64,000 nucleotides of DNA from the human T2T-CHM13v2.0 reference genome, Homo sapiens: assembly GCF_009914755.1 (NCBI RefSeq), contig NC_060935.1, one strand, 5' to 3'. How positions within the stretch are numbered: the stretch's first letter is position 1; every line of letters begins with the position of its first letter. Shown here one piece after another: positions 51,201 to 64,000 of this stretch. The position numbers and the translations under genes were made by a program. The notes under the pieces are model-generated. The model saw only the letters and a list, made by a program, of their open reading frames with translations, made no database searches and had not been told where the DNA came from.

Positions 51201-53595
51201 AAAGCTTATTCCAGGATAAAAATTACAAGGAAACTATCTGAGAAACCACTTTTTTATGCTTGAATTCATCTCCCAGAGTTAAAACTTTCTTTTCATTCAG
51301 CAGTTTGGAAACACTCTTTTGGTGGAATCTGTGAGGGATATTTGGGAGCCCATTGAGGCCTACGGTGAAAAAGAAAATATCATCAAATAAAAACTAGAAA
51401 GAAACTTCCTGAGTAGCTGCTTTGGGATGTGTGTATGCATCTGACAGAGTTCGGACTTTCTTTGGATTCAGCAGCTGGGAAACATTTTATTTTTGTCCAT
51501 TCTGCACATGGATATTTGGGAGTTCATTGAGGCCAAAGGTGAAAAATTGAATATACCTGGATAAAAACTAGAAAGCAGCTATCTGAGAAACCGCTTTGTG
51601 ATGTATTCATTCATGTCACATAGTTTAACATTACTTTTATTCAGCAATTTGGAAACACTGTTTAGGTATAATCTGCAAATGGATATTTTGGAGTGCATTG
51701 AGGCCAATGATGAAAAGGAAATATGTTTAGATAAAAACTAGAAAGAAACTTTCTGTGAAACTACTTTGTGATGTGTGTATTCATCTCACATAGTACAACC
51801 TTTCTTTTGACTCAGCAGTTTGGAAACACTGTTTTAGTCCATTCACTGAATGGACATTTGGGAGCTCATTTAGCCCAAAGGAGAAAGAGAAAATTTCCCA
51901 GGATTAACACTAGATGAATCCCATCTGGGAAACTCCTCTGTAATGTGGGCATTCATCTCGCATAGTTAAACCTTGCTTTTCATTCAGCAGTTTGGAAGCA
52001 CTGTTTTGTAGAATCTGCAAAAGGATATTTGGGAGTCTATTGAAGCCTAAGGTGAAAAAGCAAATATCTTCAGATATAAACTAGAAAGAAACTTTCTGAG
52101 AAACTGCTTTGTAACTGGAGCATTTATCTCACAGAGTTAAACTTTTATTTTTATTCAGCAATTTGGAAACACTGTTTTTGTCCATTTGAGGCCAAGGGTG
52201 ACAAATTGAATATCCCAGGACAAAAGCTAGAAGGAAGGTATCTGAGAAATTACTATGTGATGTGTGCAACCATCTCACAGAGCTAAAATTCTTTTTTGTT
52301 TCAGAAGTTTGGAAATACTGTTTTTCAGAATGTGTGAAGGGATAATTGGGAGAGCTTTGAGGTCTATGGTGAAAAGGGAAATATCTTCAGATAAAAACGA
52401 GATGTAATCATTCTAAGAAATTGCTTTATGATGTCTGCATTCATCTCAAAGAGTTAAACATTCGTTTGGATTCAGCACTTAAGAGGCAATGTTTTTGTCC
52501 ATTCTGCGAATGGACATATGGCTGCTTATTGAGGTCAATGGCAAAATACCGAATATCCCAGTATAAAAACTAGAAGGAAGCTCTCTGAGAAATGGCTTTG
52601 TGATGTGTGCATTCATCTCACACAATTAGACCTTTCTTTTCATTGAGCAGTTTGGAAACACTGTGTTTTTAGAATGCGTGAAGGGATATTTTGGAGAGTA
52701 CTGTGGCCTACAGTGAAAAAGGAAATGTTTTCATATAAAAACTAGAGAGAAGATTTCTGAGAACCTCCTTTTTGATGTGTGCCTTTGACACAGAGTTAAA
52801 CCTTTCTTTGGATACAGCAGTTTAGAAACATTGTTTTTGTCCCTTTTGTGAATGGAAATTTGGGAAGTCATTGAGGCCAATGGCAAAGAACAAAATATCC
52901 CAGGGTAAAAACTAGAAGGAAGCTGACTGAGAAACCACTTTGTGATGATTGCATGCATCTCACAAAGTTAAACCTTTTTTTTCAATCAGCGGTTTGGAAA
53001 CACTGTTTTTGTAGGATCTGTGAGGGGATACTTGGGTGCACATTGAGGCCTATGGTGAAAAAGGAAACATTTTCACTTAAAAACTAGAAATAAGCTTTCT
53101 GAGAAACTGTCTTGTGATTTGTGTATTCATTACACAATCTTAAAACTTTGTTTGGATTCAGCAGTTTGGAAACACTGTTTTTATGGAATCTGTGAAAGGA
53201 CATTTGGGAGCTCTTTGAGCCAAAAGGCAAAAGAGTGATTAGAATTAGAAGGTAGCCATCTGAGAAAATGCTTTGATATGTGTGCATTCATCTCGCAGAG
53301 TTAAACTTTTTTATTCATTCAACACTTTGGGAACACTGTTTTTGTAGAATATGTGAGGGGAATTTTGGGGCAATTTGAGCCCTATTTTTTTTCTCGCCAT
53401 AAGCCTCAATGCTCTCCCAAATATCCCTTCCCAGATTCAACAAGGAAATATCTTCAGATAAAAACTAGAAAGAAGCTTTCTGAGTAACTGCTTTGTGATG
53501 TGTGCATTCTTCTCACAGTGTCAAACCTTTCTTTGGATTCTTCAGTTTGGAAACAGTTTTTGTAGAATCTGAGAAGGGATATTTGGAGTTCTGCC
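45202..53595 (+). repeat. Inverted alpha satellite block (~8.4 kb), containing a ~58-bp re-inverted piece at 53385-53443
   Basis: Motifs read as the reverse complement of the flanking blocks (TCTGAGAAACTGCTTTGTGATGTGTGCATTCATCTCACAGAG). Confidence 0.96.
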
Positions 53596-56500
53596 TATCA
53601 TCATAGTCTTAAATGCGCTCCTAATAAGCCCTTTGCAGATTCTACCAAAACAGTGCTTCCAAACCACTGAATGAAAACAAAGTTTTAACTCTGTTGATGA
53701 ATTCACACAACACAAAGAAGTTTCTCAGAAAGCTTCTTTCTAGTTTTTATCTGAAGATATTTCTTTTTTCACCATAGACCTCAATGCACTCCCAAGTATC
53801 CTTTCACAGATCCTACAAAAACAGTGGTTGCAAACTGCTGAATGAAAAGTAAACTTTAACTCTGAGAGATAAATGCATACATAACAAAGTGGTTTCTCAG
53901 ATAGCTTCCTTTTGGTTTTCTCCTGGGATACTCGTTTATTTGTCTGTGGCCTCATTGAACTCCAATTATCCCTTCACAGATTGTACAAAAATAGTGTTTC
54001 CAATCTGCTCAATGCAAGGAAATGTTTAACTTGGCAAGGTGAATGCATACATCACAAAGCAGTTTCTCACATAGCTTCTGTCTGGTTTTTATTCTGGGAT
54101 ATTTGCTTTTTGGCTTTTGGCCTCAATGAGCTCCAAAACATCCCTTTCAAGATTCTAAAAAAACGGTGTTTCAAACTATTGAATCCAAATAATGATTTAA
54201 CTCTGTGAGATGAATTCATACATCACAAGGCAGTTTCTCAGAAAGCTTCTTTCTGTTTTTAATATGAAGATATTTCCTTATTCACTGTAGGCCTCAATGT
54301 GCTCTAAATATCCCTTCACGGATTCTACCAAAACAGTGTTTCCAAACTGCTGAATTGGAAGAAAGGTTTAACTCTACTAGATGAATGCACACATCATGTA
54401 ACTGTTCCTCAGATTGCTTCCTTCTTGTTTTTACCCTGGGATATTCACTTTGTCACTATTGGCCTCAATGAGATCCCTAATGTCCATTCACAGAATGGAC
54501 AAAAACAGTTTTTCCAAGCTACAGAATCGAAGGAAAGGTTTAAGTCTCTGAGATGAAAGCACACATCACAAAGCAGTTTCTCAGAAAGCTTCTTTCTAGT
54601 TATTATCTGAATATATTTCCTTTTTCACCATAGGCCTCAAAGTGCTCCAAAATAGCCCTTCGCAGATTCTACCAAAAGAGTGTTTCCAAACTGCTGAATG
54701 AAAACAAAGGTTTAACTCTGTGAGATGAATTCACACATAATAAAGCGGTTTTTCAGCTTGATTTCCTCTTATTTTTATCCTGCCATATTCGCTTTTTCAC
54801 CATTGGCCTCAATTAACTTCCAAATGTCCATTCGCAGAATGCACAAAAGCAGTGCTTCCAAACTGTTGAATCCAAATGAAGGTTTAACTCTGTTAGATGA
54901 ATGCACACATTCCAAAGCAGTTTCTCGGATAGCTTCCTTGTAGTTTTTATCCAGAGATATTCACTTTTTCACCTATGGCCTCCATGAGCTATGAAATATC
55001 CCTTAGAAAATTCTACAGAAACAGTGTTTCCAAACTGCTGAATCCAAAGAAAGTTTTAAATCTGTGAGATGAATGCAGACATCAGAAAGCAGTTTCTCAG
55101 AAAGCTATTTTCTACTTTTTATCTGAATATGTTTCCTTCTTCACCATAGGCCTCAATATGCTCCCAAATATCCCTTTGCAGATTCTACAAATACAGTGTT
55201 TCCAAGCTGCTGAATCACAGGAAATTTTAAAGTCTGTCAGATGAGTGCACACATCACAAACCTGTTTCTCAGAAAGTTTCTTTCTAGTTTTTATCCAAAG
55301 ATATTTTCCTTTTTCACCATAGGCCTCAGTGCACTCCCAAATATTCCTTCACACATACTATGGAAAAATGTTTCCAAACTGCTGAAAGAAAAGAAAGGTT
55401 TAATTTTGTGAGATGAAAGCAAACATTACAAGCGGTTTCTCAAATAGCTTCCTTCTAGTTTGTATCCTGGGATATTCCCTTTCTCACCTTTGACCTCCAT
55501 GAGCTCCAAAATATCCATTAGCAGAATGGACTAAAACAGTGTTTCCAAACTGCTGAATCCAAAGATAGTTTTAACTCTGTGAGATGAATGCACACATCAC
55601 AAAGGAGTTTCAGGAAATTTCTTTCTAGCTTTTATTTGAAGATATTTCCTTTTTCACCTTAGCCCTCAATGTGCTCCCAAATATCCCTTCAGAGATTCTA
55701 CCAAAACAGTGTTTCCAAAATGCTGAATGAAAAGGAGTTTTTAACTCTGTGAGTTGAAGGCACACATAACTGAGCAGTTTTTCAGATAGATTCCTTCTAG
55801 TTTATATCCTCAGATATTTGCTTTATCGCCTTTGGCCTCAATGAGTTGCCAAATATCCTTATGCAGATTCTACAAAACTAGTGTTTACAAACTGCTGAAT
55901 CCAAAGACATGTTTAACTCTCTGAGATGAAAACACACATCACAAAGCAGTTTCCCGGAAATCTTCTTTCTAGTTTTTATCTGAAGATATTTCCCTTTTCA
56001 TGAGAGGCTTCAATGTGCTGCTGAATATCCCTTCACAAATGCTACCAAAATAGTTTTTCCAAACTGCTGAATGAAATGAAAGGTTTAACTGTGTGAGGTG
56101 AATGCACACATAACAAACTAGTTTCTCAGATATCTTCCTTCTAGTTTTTATCCTGGAAGGATTGCTTTTTCGAATATGGCCTCAACGTGCTATGAAATAT
56201 CCCTATGCAGATTCTACAAAAACAGTGTTTCCAAAATGCTGAATCAACAGAACTGTTTAACTCTGTGAGATGAGTGCACACATCAGAAAGTGGTTTCTCA
56301 GATAGCTTCCTTCTGGTTTTTCCCTGGGATATTTACTTTTTCACCTTAGGCCTCTATGTGATCCCAAATATCCCTTCACAGATTTTACCAAATTTCTTCC
56401 AAAGCTCCTGAAGGAAAAGAACGGTTTAATTTTGTGAGATGAATTGACACATCACAAACCAGTTTCTCAGGTAGCTTGATTCAAGTTTTTATCCAGAGAT

Positions 56501-59500
56501 ATTCACTTTTTCACCATTCACCTCAATGAGATTCCAAATGTCCATTTGCAGAATGGACAAAAACAGTGCTTCCCAACAGCTGAATCAAAAGAAAGTTTTA
56601 AATCTCTGAGATGAATGCACAGATCACAAAGCAGTTTATCAGAAAACTTCTTTCTAGTTTTTATCTGAAGATATTTCTTTTTTCACCATAGGCTTCAATG
56701 CTCTCCTAAATATCCCTTTGCAGATTCTACAAAAACAGTGTTTCCAAACTACTGAATGAAAAGGAAGTTTTATCTCTGCAAGATGACGGTTTCTCAGATA
56801 ACTTCCTTCTAGTTTTTATACTGGGATGTTTGCATTTTTGTCATTGGTTTCAGTGGGATCACAAATGCCCATTCTCAGAATGGACAAAAGTAGTGTTTCC
56901 AAACTGCTTAATAAAATGAAAGTTTTAAATCTGTAAGATGAATACACACATCACAAAGCTGTTTCTCAGAAAGCTTCTTTCTATTTAGTATCTGAATATA
57001 TTTCCTTTCTCACCATAGGCCTCAAAGCTCTCTCAAATATCCCTTCACAGATTCTACCAAAACAATGTTTCCAAACTGCTGAAAGAAAAAAAGAGATTTA
57101 CCTCTGGGAGATGATTGTGCACAACACAAAGATATTTCTCAGAATGCTTCTTTCTAGTTTTCATCTGAAGATATTTCCTTTTCCACAATAGGCCTCGATA
57201 TGTCCCAAATATCCCTTCGCAGATTTTACCAAAGCAATGATTCCAGACTGCTGAATGAAAAGCAAGTTTTCAGTTTGCTAAATGAACGCACACATCACAA
57301 AGCAGTTTCTCAGATTGCTTCCTTCTAGTTTTTATCCTTAGATATTCCCTTTTTCTCCTTTGCCCACAATGAGCTCCCAAATATCCCTTTGCAGAATCTA
57401 CCAAAACAGTGTTTTCAAATTGCTGAATCCAAAAAAAATTTTAAATCTTTGAGATTAATGCATACATCACAAGGCAGTTTCTCAGCAATCGTCTTTCTTA
57501 TTTTTATCTGAAGATATTTCCTTTTCAACCAGAGATGACAATGCGCACCCAAATATCCTTCGCAGATTGTAAAATACACTGTTTCCACACTGATGAATGA
57601 AAAGAGAAGTATAACTCCTCTGCTAGATGAATATGCACATTATACAGCTTTTTCTGATAGCTTCCTTCTAGTTTTTATATGAGGATAAAAACTTTTGCAC
57701 CATTGGCCTCAATGAGCTCCCAAACGTCCATTCACTGAATGGACAAAAACAGTTTTTCAAAACTGCTAAATGCAACGAAAGTTTTAACTCTGTGAGGTGA
57801 ATGCACACATCACAAAGCGGTTTGTCAGAAAGCTTCTTTCTATTTTTTTATCTGATGATATTTTTATTTTTCAACATGGGCCTCAAAGCGTTCCCAAATA
57901 TCCCTTCACAGTTTCTAAAAAATATACTTTCCAAACTGCTGAACGAATAGACCACTTTCACTCTGTGAGATGAATGCACACATCCCACAGCATTTCCTCC
58001 AATAGCTCCAAGTGCTGAATCCATAGAAGGGTTTAACTCTCTGAGATGAATGCATACATCACAAAGCAGTGTCTCACAATGCTTCTTTCTAGTTTTTATC
58101 TGAAGATATTTCCTTTTTAACCATATGCCTCATTGCATTCCCAAATATCCCATCATAGATTCTACAAAAACAGTGTTTCCAAACTGCTGAATGAAAAGAA
58201 AGTTTTAACACTCTGAGTTGAATGCATACATCACAAAGTGGTTTCTCAGATAGCTTGCTTCTAGTTTTTATCCTGGGAAAATCAGTTTCTCACCATTGTA
58301 GTCAATGACCTCCCAAGTGTCCATTCACGGAACGGACAAAAACAGTGTTTGAAAACTACTGAATCCAAAGAAAGGTTTAAATCTGTGGGATGAATGCAAA
58401 CATCACAAAGCAGTTTCTCAGAAAGCTACTTTCTAGGTTTTATCTGAAGATATTTCCTTTTTCACCATAGGCCTCATTTTGCTACCAAATATCCCTTCAC
58501 AGATTCTACAAAAACATTTTATTCCAACAACAGCTAAATGACAAGAAATGTTTAACTCTGTGAGGTGAATGCACACATCACAAAACAGTTTATCATATAC
58601 TTTCCTTCTAGTCTTTATCCTGGGATATTTGCTTTTTCTCCTTTGGCCTCAAAGAGCTGCCAAATATCTGTTTGAAGATTCTATAAAAAGAATGTTTCCA
58701 AACTGCTGAGTCCACAGAACATTTTAACTCTGTGAGATGAATGCATCCTTTACAGGGAAGTTTCTCAGAAAGCTCCTTTTACCTTTCATCTGAAGATATT
58801 TCCTTTTTCACCGTAGGCCTCAATGCTGTCCCAAATATCCCTTTGCAGATTCTACAAAAACAGTGTTTCCAAACTGTGGAATGAAATTAAAGGTTTAGCT
58901 CTTCGAGATGAATGCACACATCACAAAGCAGTTTCTCAGATAGATTCCTTCTAGTTTCTATCCTGGGATATTTGCTTTTTCACATATTGCCTAAATAAGC
59001 TATCAAATATCCATTTACACATTCTACAAAAACAGTTTTCAAAACTGCTGAATCCAAAGATAGGTGGAACTCAGTGAGATGAACATACACATCACAAAGT
59101 AGTTTCTCAGAAAACTTCTTTCTAATTTTTAACTGAAGATATTTGCTTTTTCACCATAGGCCTCAATGCATTCCCAAAATTCCCTTTGCAGATTCTGCCA
59201 AAATAGTGTTTCCAAACTGCTAAAAGAAAAGAAAGTTTTAACTCTGCGAGATAAGTGCACACATCAGAAAGTGGTTTCTCAGATAGCTTTCTTCTATTTT
59301 TTATAATGGGATATTTGCTTTTTGGTGTGTGGCCTAGATGAGCTATCAAATATCCTTTTGCTTATTCTACAAAAATGTTTTCCATGATTCTGAATCCAAA
59401 GAAAGATTGAACTCTTTGAGATGAATGCACACATCACAAAGCAATTTTTCATAATGCTTCTTTATATTTTTTATCTGAAGATATTTCCTTTTTCACCATA

Positions 59501-62500
59501 AGTGTCAATAGTCTCCCAAATATTACCTCACAGACTCTACCAAAACAGTGTTTCCAAACTACTGAATGAAAAGAAAGGTTTAAGCCAGCGAGGTAAATGC
59601 ACACATCACAAAGTGGTTTCTCAAAGAGCTTCCTTCTAGTTTTTATCCTGGGATGATACCTTCTTTGCCATTGGCATCAACGAGCTTCCAAATATCCCTT
59701 CACAGCATCTACAAAAACAGTGTTTGCAAATTGCTGAATCCAAAGAAAGTTTAGCTCTGTGAGTTTAATGCACACATCACAAAGCTGTTTCTCAGCAAGC
59801 TTCTTTCTTGTATTTATCTGAAGATATTTGCTTTTCAACCTTAGGCCTCATAGCACTCCAAAATATCTCCTAGCTGATTCTACAAAAACAGTGTTTCCAA
59901 AGTGCTGAATGAAAAGAAACGTTTAACTCTGTGAAATGAATGCACACATCACAAAGAGGTTTCTCAAATAGCTACCTTCTAGTTTTTATCCTGGGATACT
60001 CGTTTTTTGCATTTAGTCTCAAAAAGCTCCCAAATATCCCTTCACAGATTCTACAAAACACTATTCCCAAACTGCTGAAACCAAAGAAAGGTTGTGCACT
60101 TTGAGACGAATGCTCACATCACAAGTCAATTATTCAGAAAGCATATTTCTAGTTTTTATCTGAAGATATTTCCTTTTTCACCATAGGCCTCAAAGTGCTA
60201 CAAAATATCCCTTCACAGATTCTGAAAAACAGTGTTTCCAAACGCCTGAATAAAAAGAGAAGTTTAACTCTGTGAGTTGATTCTACACATCACATGGCAG
60301 TTTCTCAGATACCTTCCTTCTAGTTTTTATACTGGGATATTTGTTTTTTTGCTCTTGGCCTTAATGAGCACCAAAGTGTCCTTTCACAAAATGGACCTAA
60401 ACAGTGTTTCCAACCTGCCAAATGAAAAGAAAGGTTTAACTGTGTGAGATCATTCCACACATCACAAAGCAGTTATTCAGAAAGCTTCTTTCTAGTTTTC
60501 ATCTAAAGACATTTCCTTTTTCACCATAGGCCTCAATGCACCCTAAAATATCCATTCACAGATTCTATCTAAACAGTGTTTCCAAACTGCTGAATGGAAA
60601 GAAGGGTTAAATTCTGAGAGATGAATGTGCACAATCCAAAGCAGTTTCTCAGATATCTTCTTTCTAGTTTTTATCTGAAGATATCACCTTTTTCAACATA
60701 GGCCTGAATATGCTCCAAAATATCCCAATGGAGATACTACAAAAACTGTGTTTGCAAACTGCTGAATGAAAGGAAAGGTTTAACTCTGCAAGATGAATGC
60801 ATATATCACAAAGCAGTTTCTCAGATAGCTTCCTTCTATTTCTTATGCTGGGGTATATTCTTTTCCACCTATGGCCTCACTGAGTCATCAAATATTCCTA
60901 TGCAGATTCTTAAAAGCCATGTTTCCAAACGGTTGAATAAAAAGACAGGTTTAACTCTGAGATGAATGCACAAATCACAAGCAGGTTCTCAAATAGCTTC
61001 CTTCAGGTTTTTATCCTGGTATATTCACTTATTAGCCATTGGCCTCAATGGGCTCCCAAATGTCCATTCGTGGAATGGATAAAAACTGTTGTTCCAAACT
61101 GCTGAATCCAAAGAAAGGTTTAACTCTGTGAGATGAATGCACACATCACAGTGCAGTTTCTCAGAAAGCTTCTTTATAGTTTTTATCTAAAGATAATTCC
61201 TTTTTCACCATAGGCCTCAATTGACTCCGAAATATCCATTCGCAGTTTCTACAAAAACAGTATATCTAAAGTGCTGAATGAAAAGAAAAAATTAACTCTG
61301 TGATATGAATGCACACATCAAAAAGCGGTTCCTCAGATAGCTTTCTTCTAGTTTTTATCTTGGGATAATTGCTAGTTAACGTTTGTCCTCAATTATCTCC
61401 CAAATAACCTGTCGCAGATTCTACAAAAGCACTGATTCCAAACTGCTGAAATCAAAAAAAGATTTAACTCTGTGAGGTGAGTGCACTTATCACAAAGCAG
61501 TTTCTCAGAAATCTTCCTTCTATTTTTATCCTTTGATATTCACTTTTTACGCTTTGGCCTGAATGAGCTCCCAAATATCTCTTCACAGATTCTACAAAAA
61601 CATTGTTTCCAAACTGCTGAATGAAAAGAAATGTTTAACTCTGTGAGCTGAATGCATGCATCTCAAACCAGTTTCTCAGAAACTTCTTTCTAGTTTGTTT
61701 CTGAAGATATTTCCTTTTTAACGATATGCCTCAAGGTGCTTCTAAATATCCCTTCACAGATTCCACCAAAACAGAGTTTCCAAACTGCTGACAGAAAAGA
61801 AAGTTTTAACTCTGTGAGATGAATGCACACATCCCAAATTGGTTACTCGGATAGTTTTCATCTAGTTTTGATTTTGGGATATTGGCTTTTTCACCATTGG
61901 CCTCAAGGAGTTCCCACATTTCTATTCAGAAAATGGACGAAAACAGTGTTTCCAAACTGCTGAATCCAAAGAAAGATTTAACTCTGTGAGTTGAATGTAC
62001 ACATCACAAAGCAGTTTCTCAGAAAATTTCTCTCTCGTTTTTATCTGAGGATATTTCCTTTTTCACCATAAGACTCAATGCACACCCAAATATCCCTTTG
62101 CAGATTCTACAAAAATAGTGTTTCAAAATTGCTGAATGAAAAGAAAGGTTTCTGTGTGAGATGAATGCAAACATCAGAAAGTGGTTTCTCAGATAGCTTT
62201 CTTCTAGTTTTTATCCTGAGATATGATTTTTCTCCTTTGGCCTCAATAAGCCTCCAAATATCCCTTCACAGGTTCTACAAAAACAGTGTTTCCAAACTGC
62301 TGAATTCAAGGAAACCTGTAATTCTCTGTGATATATTACACATCATGAAATAATTTCTCAGAAAGCTTCTTTCTAGTTTTTATTTGAAGATATTTCCTTT
62401 TTCACCATAGGCCTCAAAGCACTCCCAAATATCACTATGCAGTCTCTAAAAAGCAGTGTTTCAAAACTGCTGAATGAAAAGACAAGTTTAACTCTGTGAG

Positions 62501-64000
62501 ATGAATGCACACATTACAAAGCAGTCTCTCAGATAGATTTCTTCTACGTTTTATCCTAGGATACTCCTTTTTTCACCATTGGCCTCAAAGAGCTCCCAAA
62601 TGTCCATTCACAGAATGTACAAAACCAGTGTTTCCAAACTGCTGAATCCAAGGAAAGGTTTAACTCTCTAAGATGAAAGCACAGATCACAGAAGCTTTTC
62701 TCGGAAAGCTTCTTTCTTGTTTTTACCTTAAGATATTTCCTTTTACACCATAGGCCTCAATGCATTCCCAAATATCAATTCACAGATTCTACAAAAACAG
62801 TGTTTCCAAGCTGCTGAATGCAGAGAAAGTTTTAACTCTGCAAGATGAATGCACATATCACCCTGCAGTTCCTCAGTTTGCTTCCTTCTAGATTTTATCA
62901 TGAGTATTTGTTTTACAGCCTTTGGCCTCAATGAGCTCCCAAATATCCATTGGCAGAATGGACCAAACATTGTTTCCAAACTGCTGAATCCAAAGAAAGG
63001 ATAAACTCTGTGAGATGAATGCACTCATCACAATGTAGTTTCTGATGGAGCTTCTTTCTAGTTTTTACCTGAAGATATATCCTTTTTCAATGTAGGCCTC
63101 AACATACTCCCAAATATCCCTTCACAGATTCTACAAAAACAGTGCTTCCAATCTGCTGAATAAGAAGAAAATTTTAGATCTGAGAGATGATTGTGCACAT
63201 CACAAAGTTGTTTCTCAGATAGCTTCCTTCTATTTTTTATTGTAGGATATTCACTTTTTCACCATTGTCCTAAATGAGCTCCCAAATGTCCATTCGCAGA
63301 ATGGACAAAGACAGTGTTTCCAAACTGATGAATCCAAAAATAGGCTTACTTCTGTGCGGTGAATGCACTCATGAAAAAGTAGTTTCTCAGGAAGCTTCCT
63401 TCTAGTTTTTATCCTGGGATATTCGATTTTTTGACTTTGGCCTCAATGAGCTCCCATACATCCATTCACACAATGTACGAAAACACTGTTTCCAAACTAC
63501 TGAATCGAAAGAAAGGTATATCTCTGTGAGACGAATGCACACATCACCAAGCAGTTTCTCAGAAAGCTTCTTCCTAGTTTTTATCTGAAGATGTTTCCTT
63601 TTCCACCGTAGGTCTCAGTACTCCCCCAAATATCCCTTCAAAGATACTACATAAGCACTGTTTCAAAACAGCTGAATGAAAAGTAAATTTTAACTCTAAG
63701 AAATGAAAGCACACATCACAAAGTTGTTTCTAAGATAGTTTCCTTCTAGTTTTTATCCTGAGGTAGTTCATTTTCTCCATTCCTCTCAATGAGTCCCAAT
63801 ATGTCCATTTGCAGAATCAACAAAAACAGTGTTTTGAAACTGCTGAATCAAAAGAAAGGTTTAACTCTGTGATGAATGTACACTTCATGAAGCAGTTTCT
63901 CAGAAAGCTTCTTTCTAATTTTTTTCTAAAGATATTTTCTTTTTCACCATAGGCCTCAATGCACTCTTGGATATCCCTTTGCACTTTCTATAAAAGCAGT
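53596..64000 (-). repeat. Diverged alpha satellite, block 6 (original orientation; runs off the window)
   Basis: ~171-bp monomers with fairly regular two-type alternation. Confidence 0.96.

Noticed and set aside
46670-58020. Scattered partial-monomer indels (e.g. ~46693, 51048, 52185, 56786, 58008; also 4147, 23875, 24940, 38466)
   Set aside because: Routine decay of unhomogenised satellite; no common pattern was evident by eye.
300-63024. Dozens of 60-140 aa ORFs in satellite with recurring peptides (KLSEKLLCDVCIHL, HSAVWKHCF) that resemble Cys/His zinc-binding repeats
   Set aside because: They are translations of the 171-bp (57-codon) monomer, occur on both strands with random stops, and have no gene structure.

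Overview
This window is primate (human-like) pericentromeric DNA, and I found no intact protein-coding gene, RNA gene or CRISPR array. About 47 kb is old, highly diverged ~171-bp alpha satellite with two roughly alternating monomer types, pJ-alpha motifs and no CENP-B box that I could find. Four retroelements interrupt it: (1) a minus-strand HERV-K(HML-8)/HERVK11 provirus with MER11 LTRs and a pol-env deletion (~10691-18475); (2) a 5'-truncated L1PA5/6-like LINE-1 (20222-22772); (3) a younger L1PA2-like 3' fragment nested inside that LINE-1 (21374-21626); (4) a plus-strand HERV-K(HML-3)/HERVK9 provirus with MER9 LTRs, a perfect ATGTTT target-site duplication and several internal deletions (31287-37284). 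An ~8.4-kb satellite block (45202-53595) is inverted, with a fold-back hairpin at its left junction and three orientation switches at its right junction. I see no support for a new gene-encoded system. The most interesting signals are structural: a perfect 9-bp hairpin specific to one monomer class, inversion breakpoints at monomer dyads, fossil multi-monomer duplications inside 'monomeric' satellite, and embedded elements that look more mutated than their family ages suggest. Family assignments rest on recalled consensus sequences, and all divergence figures are by-eye counts.
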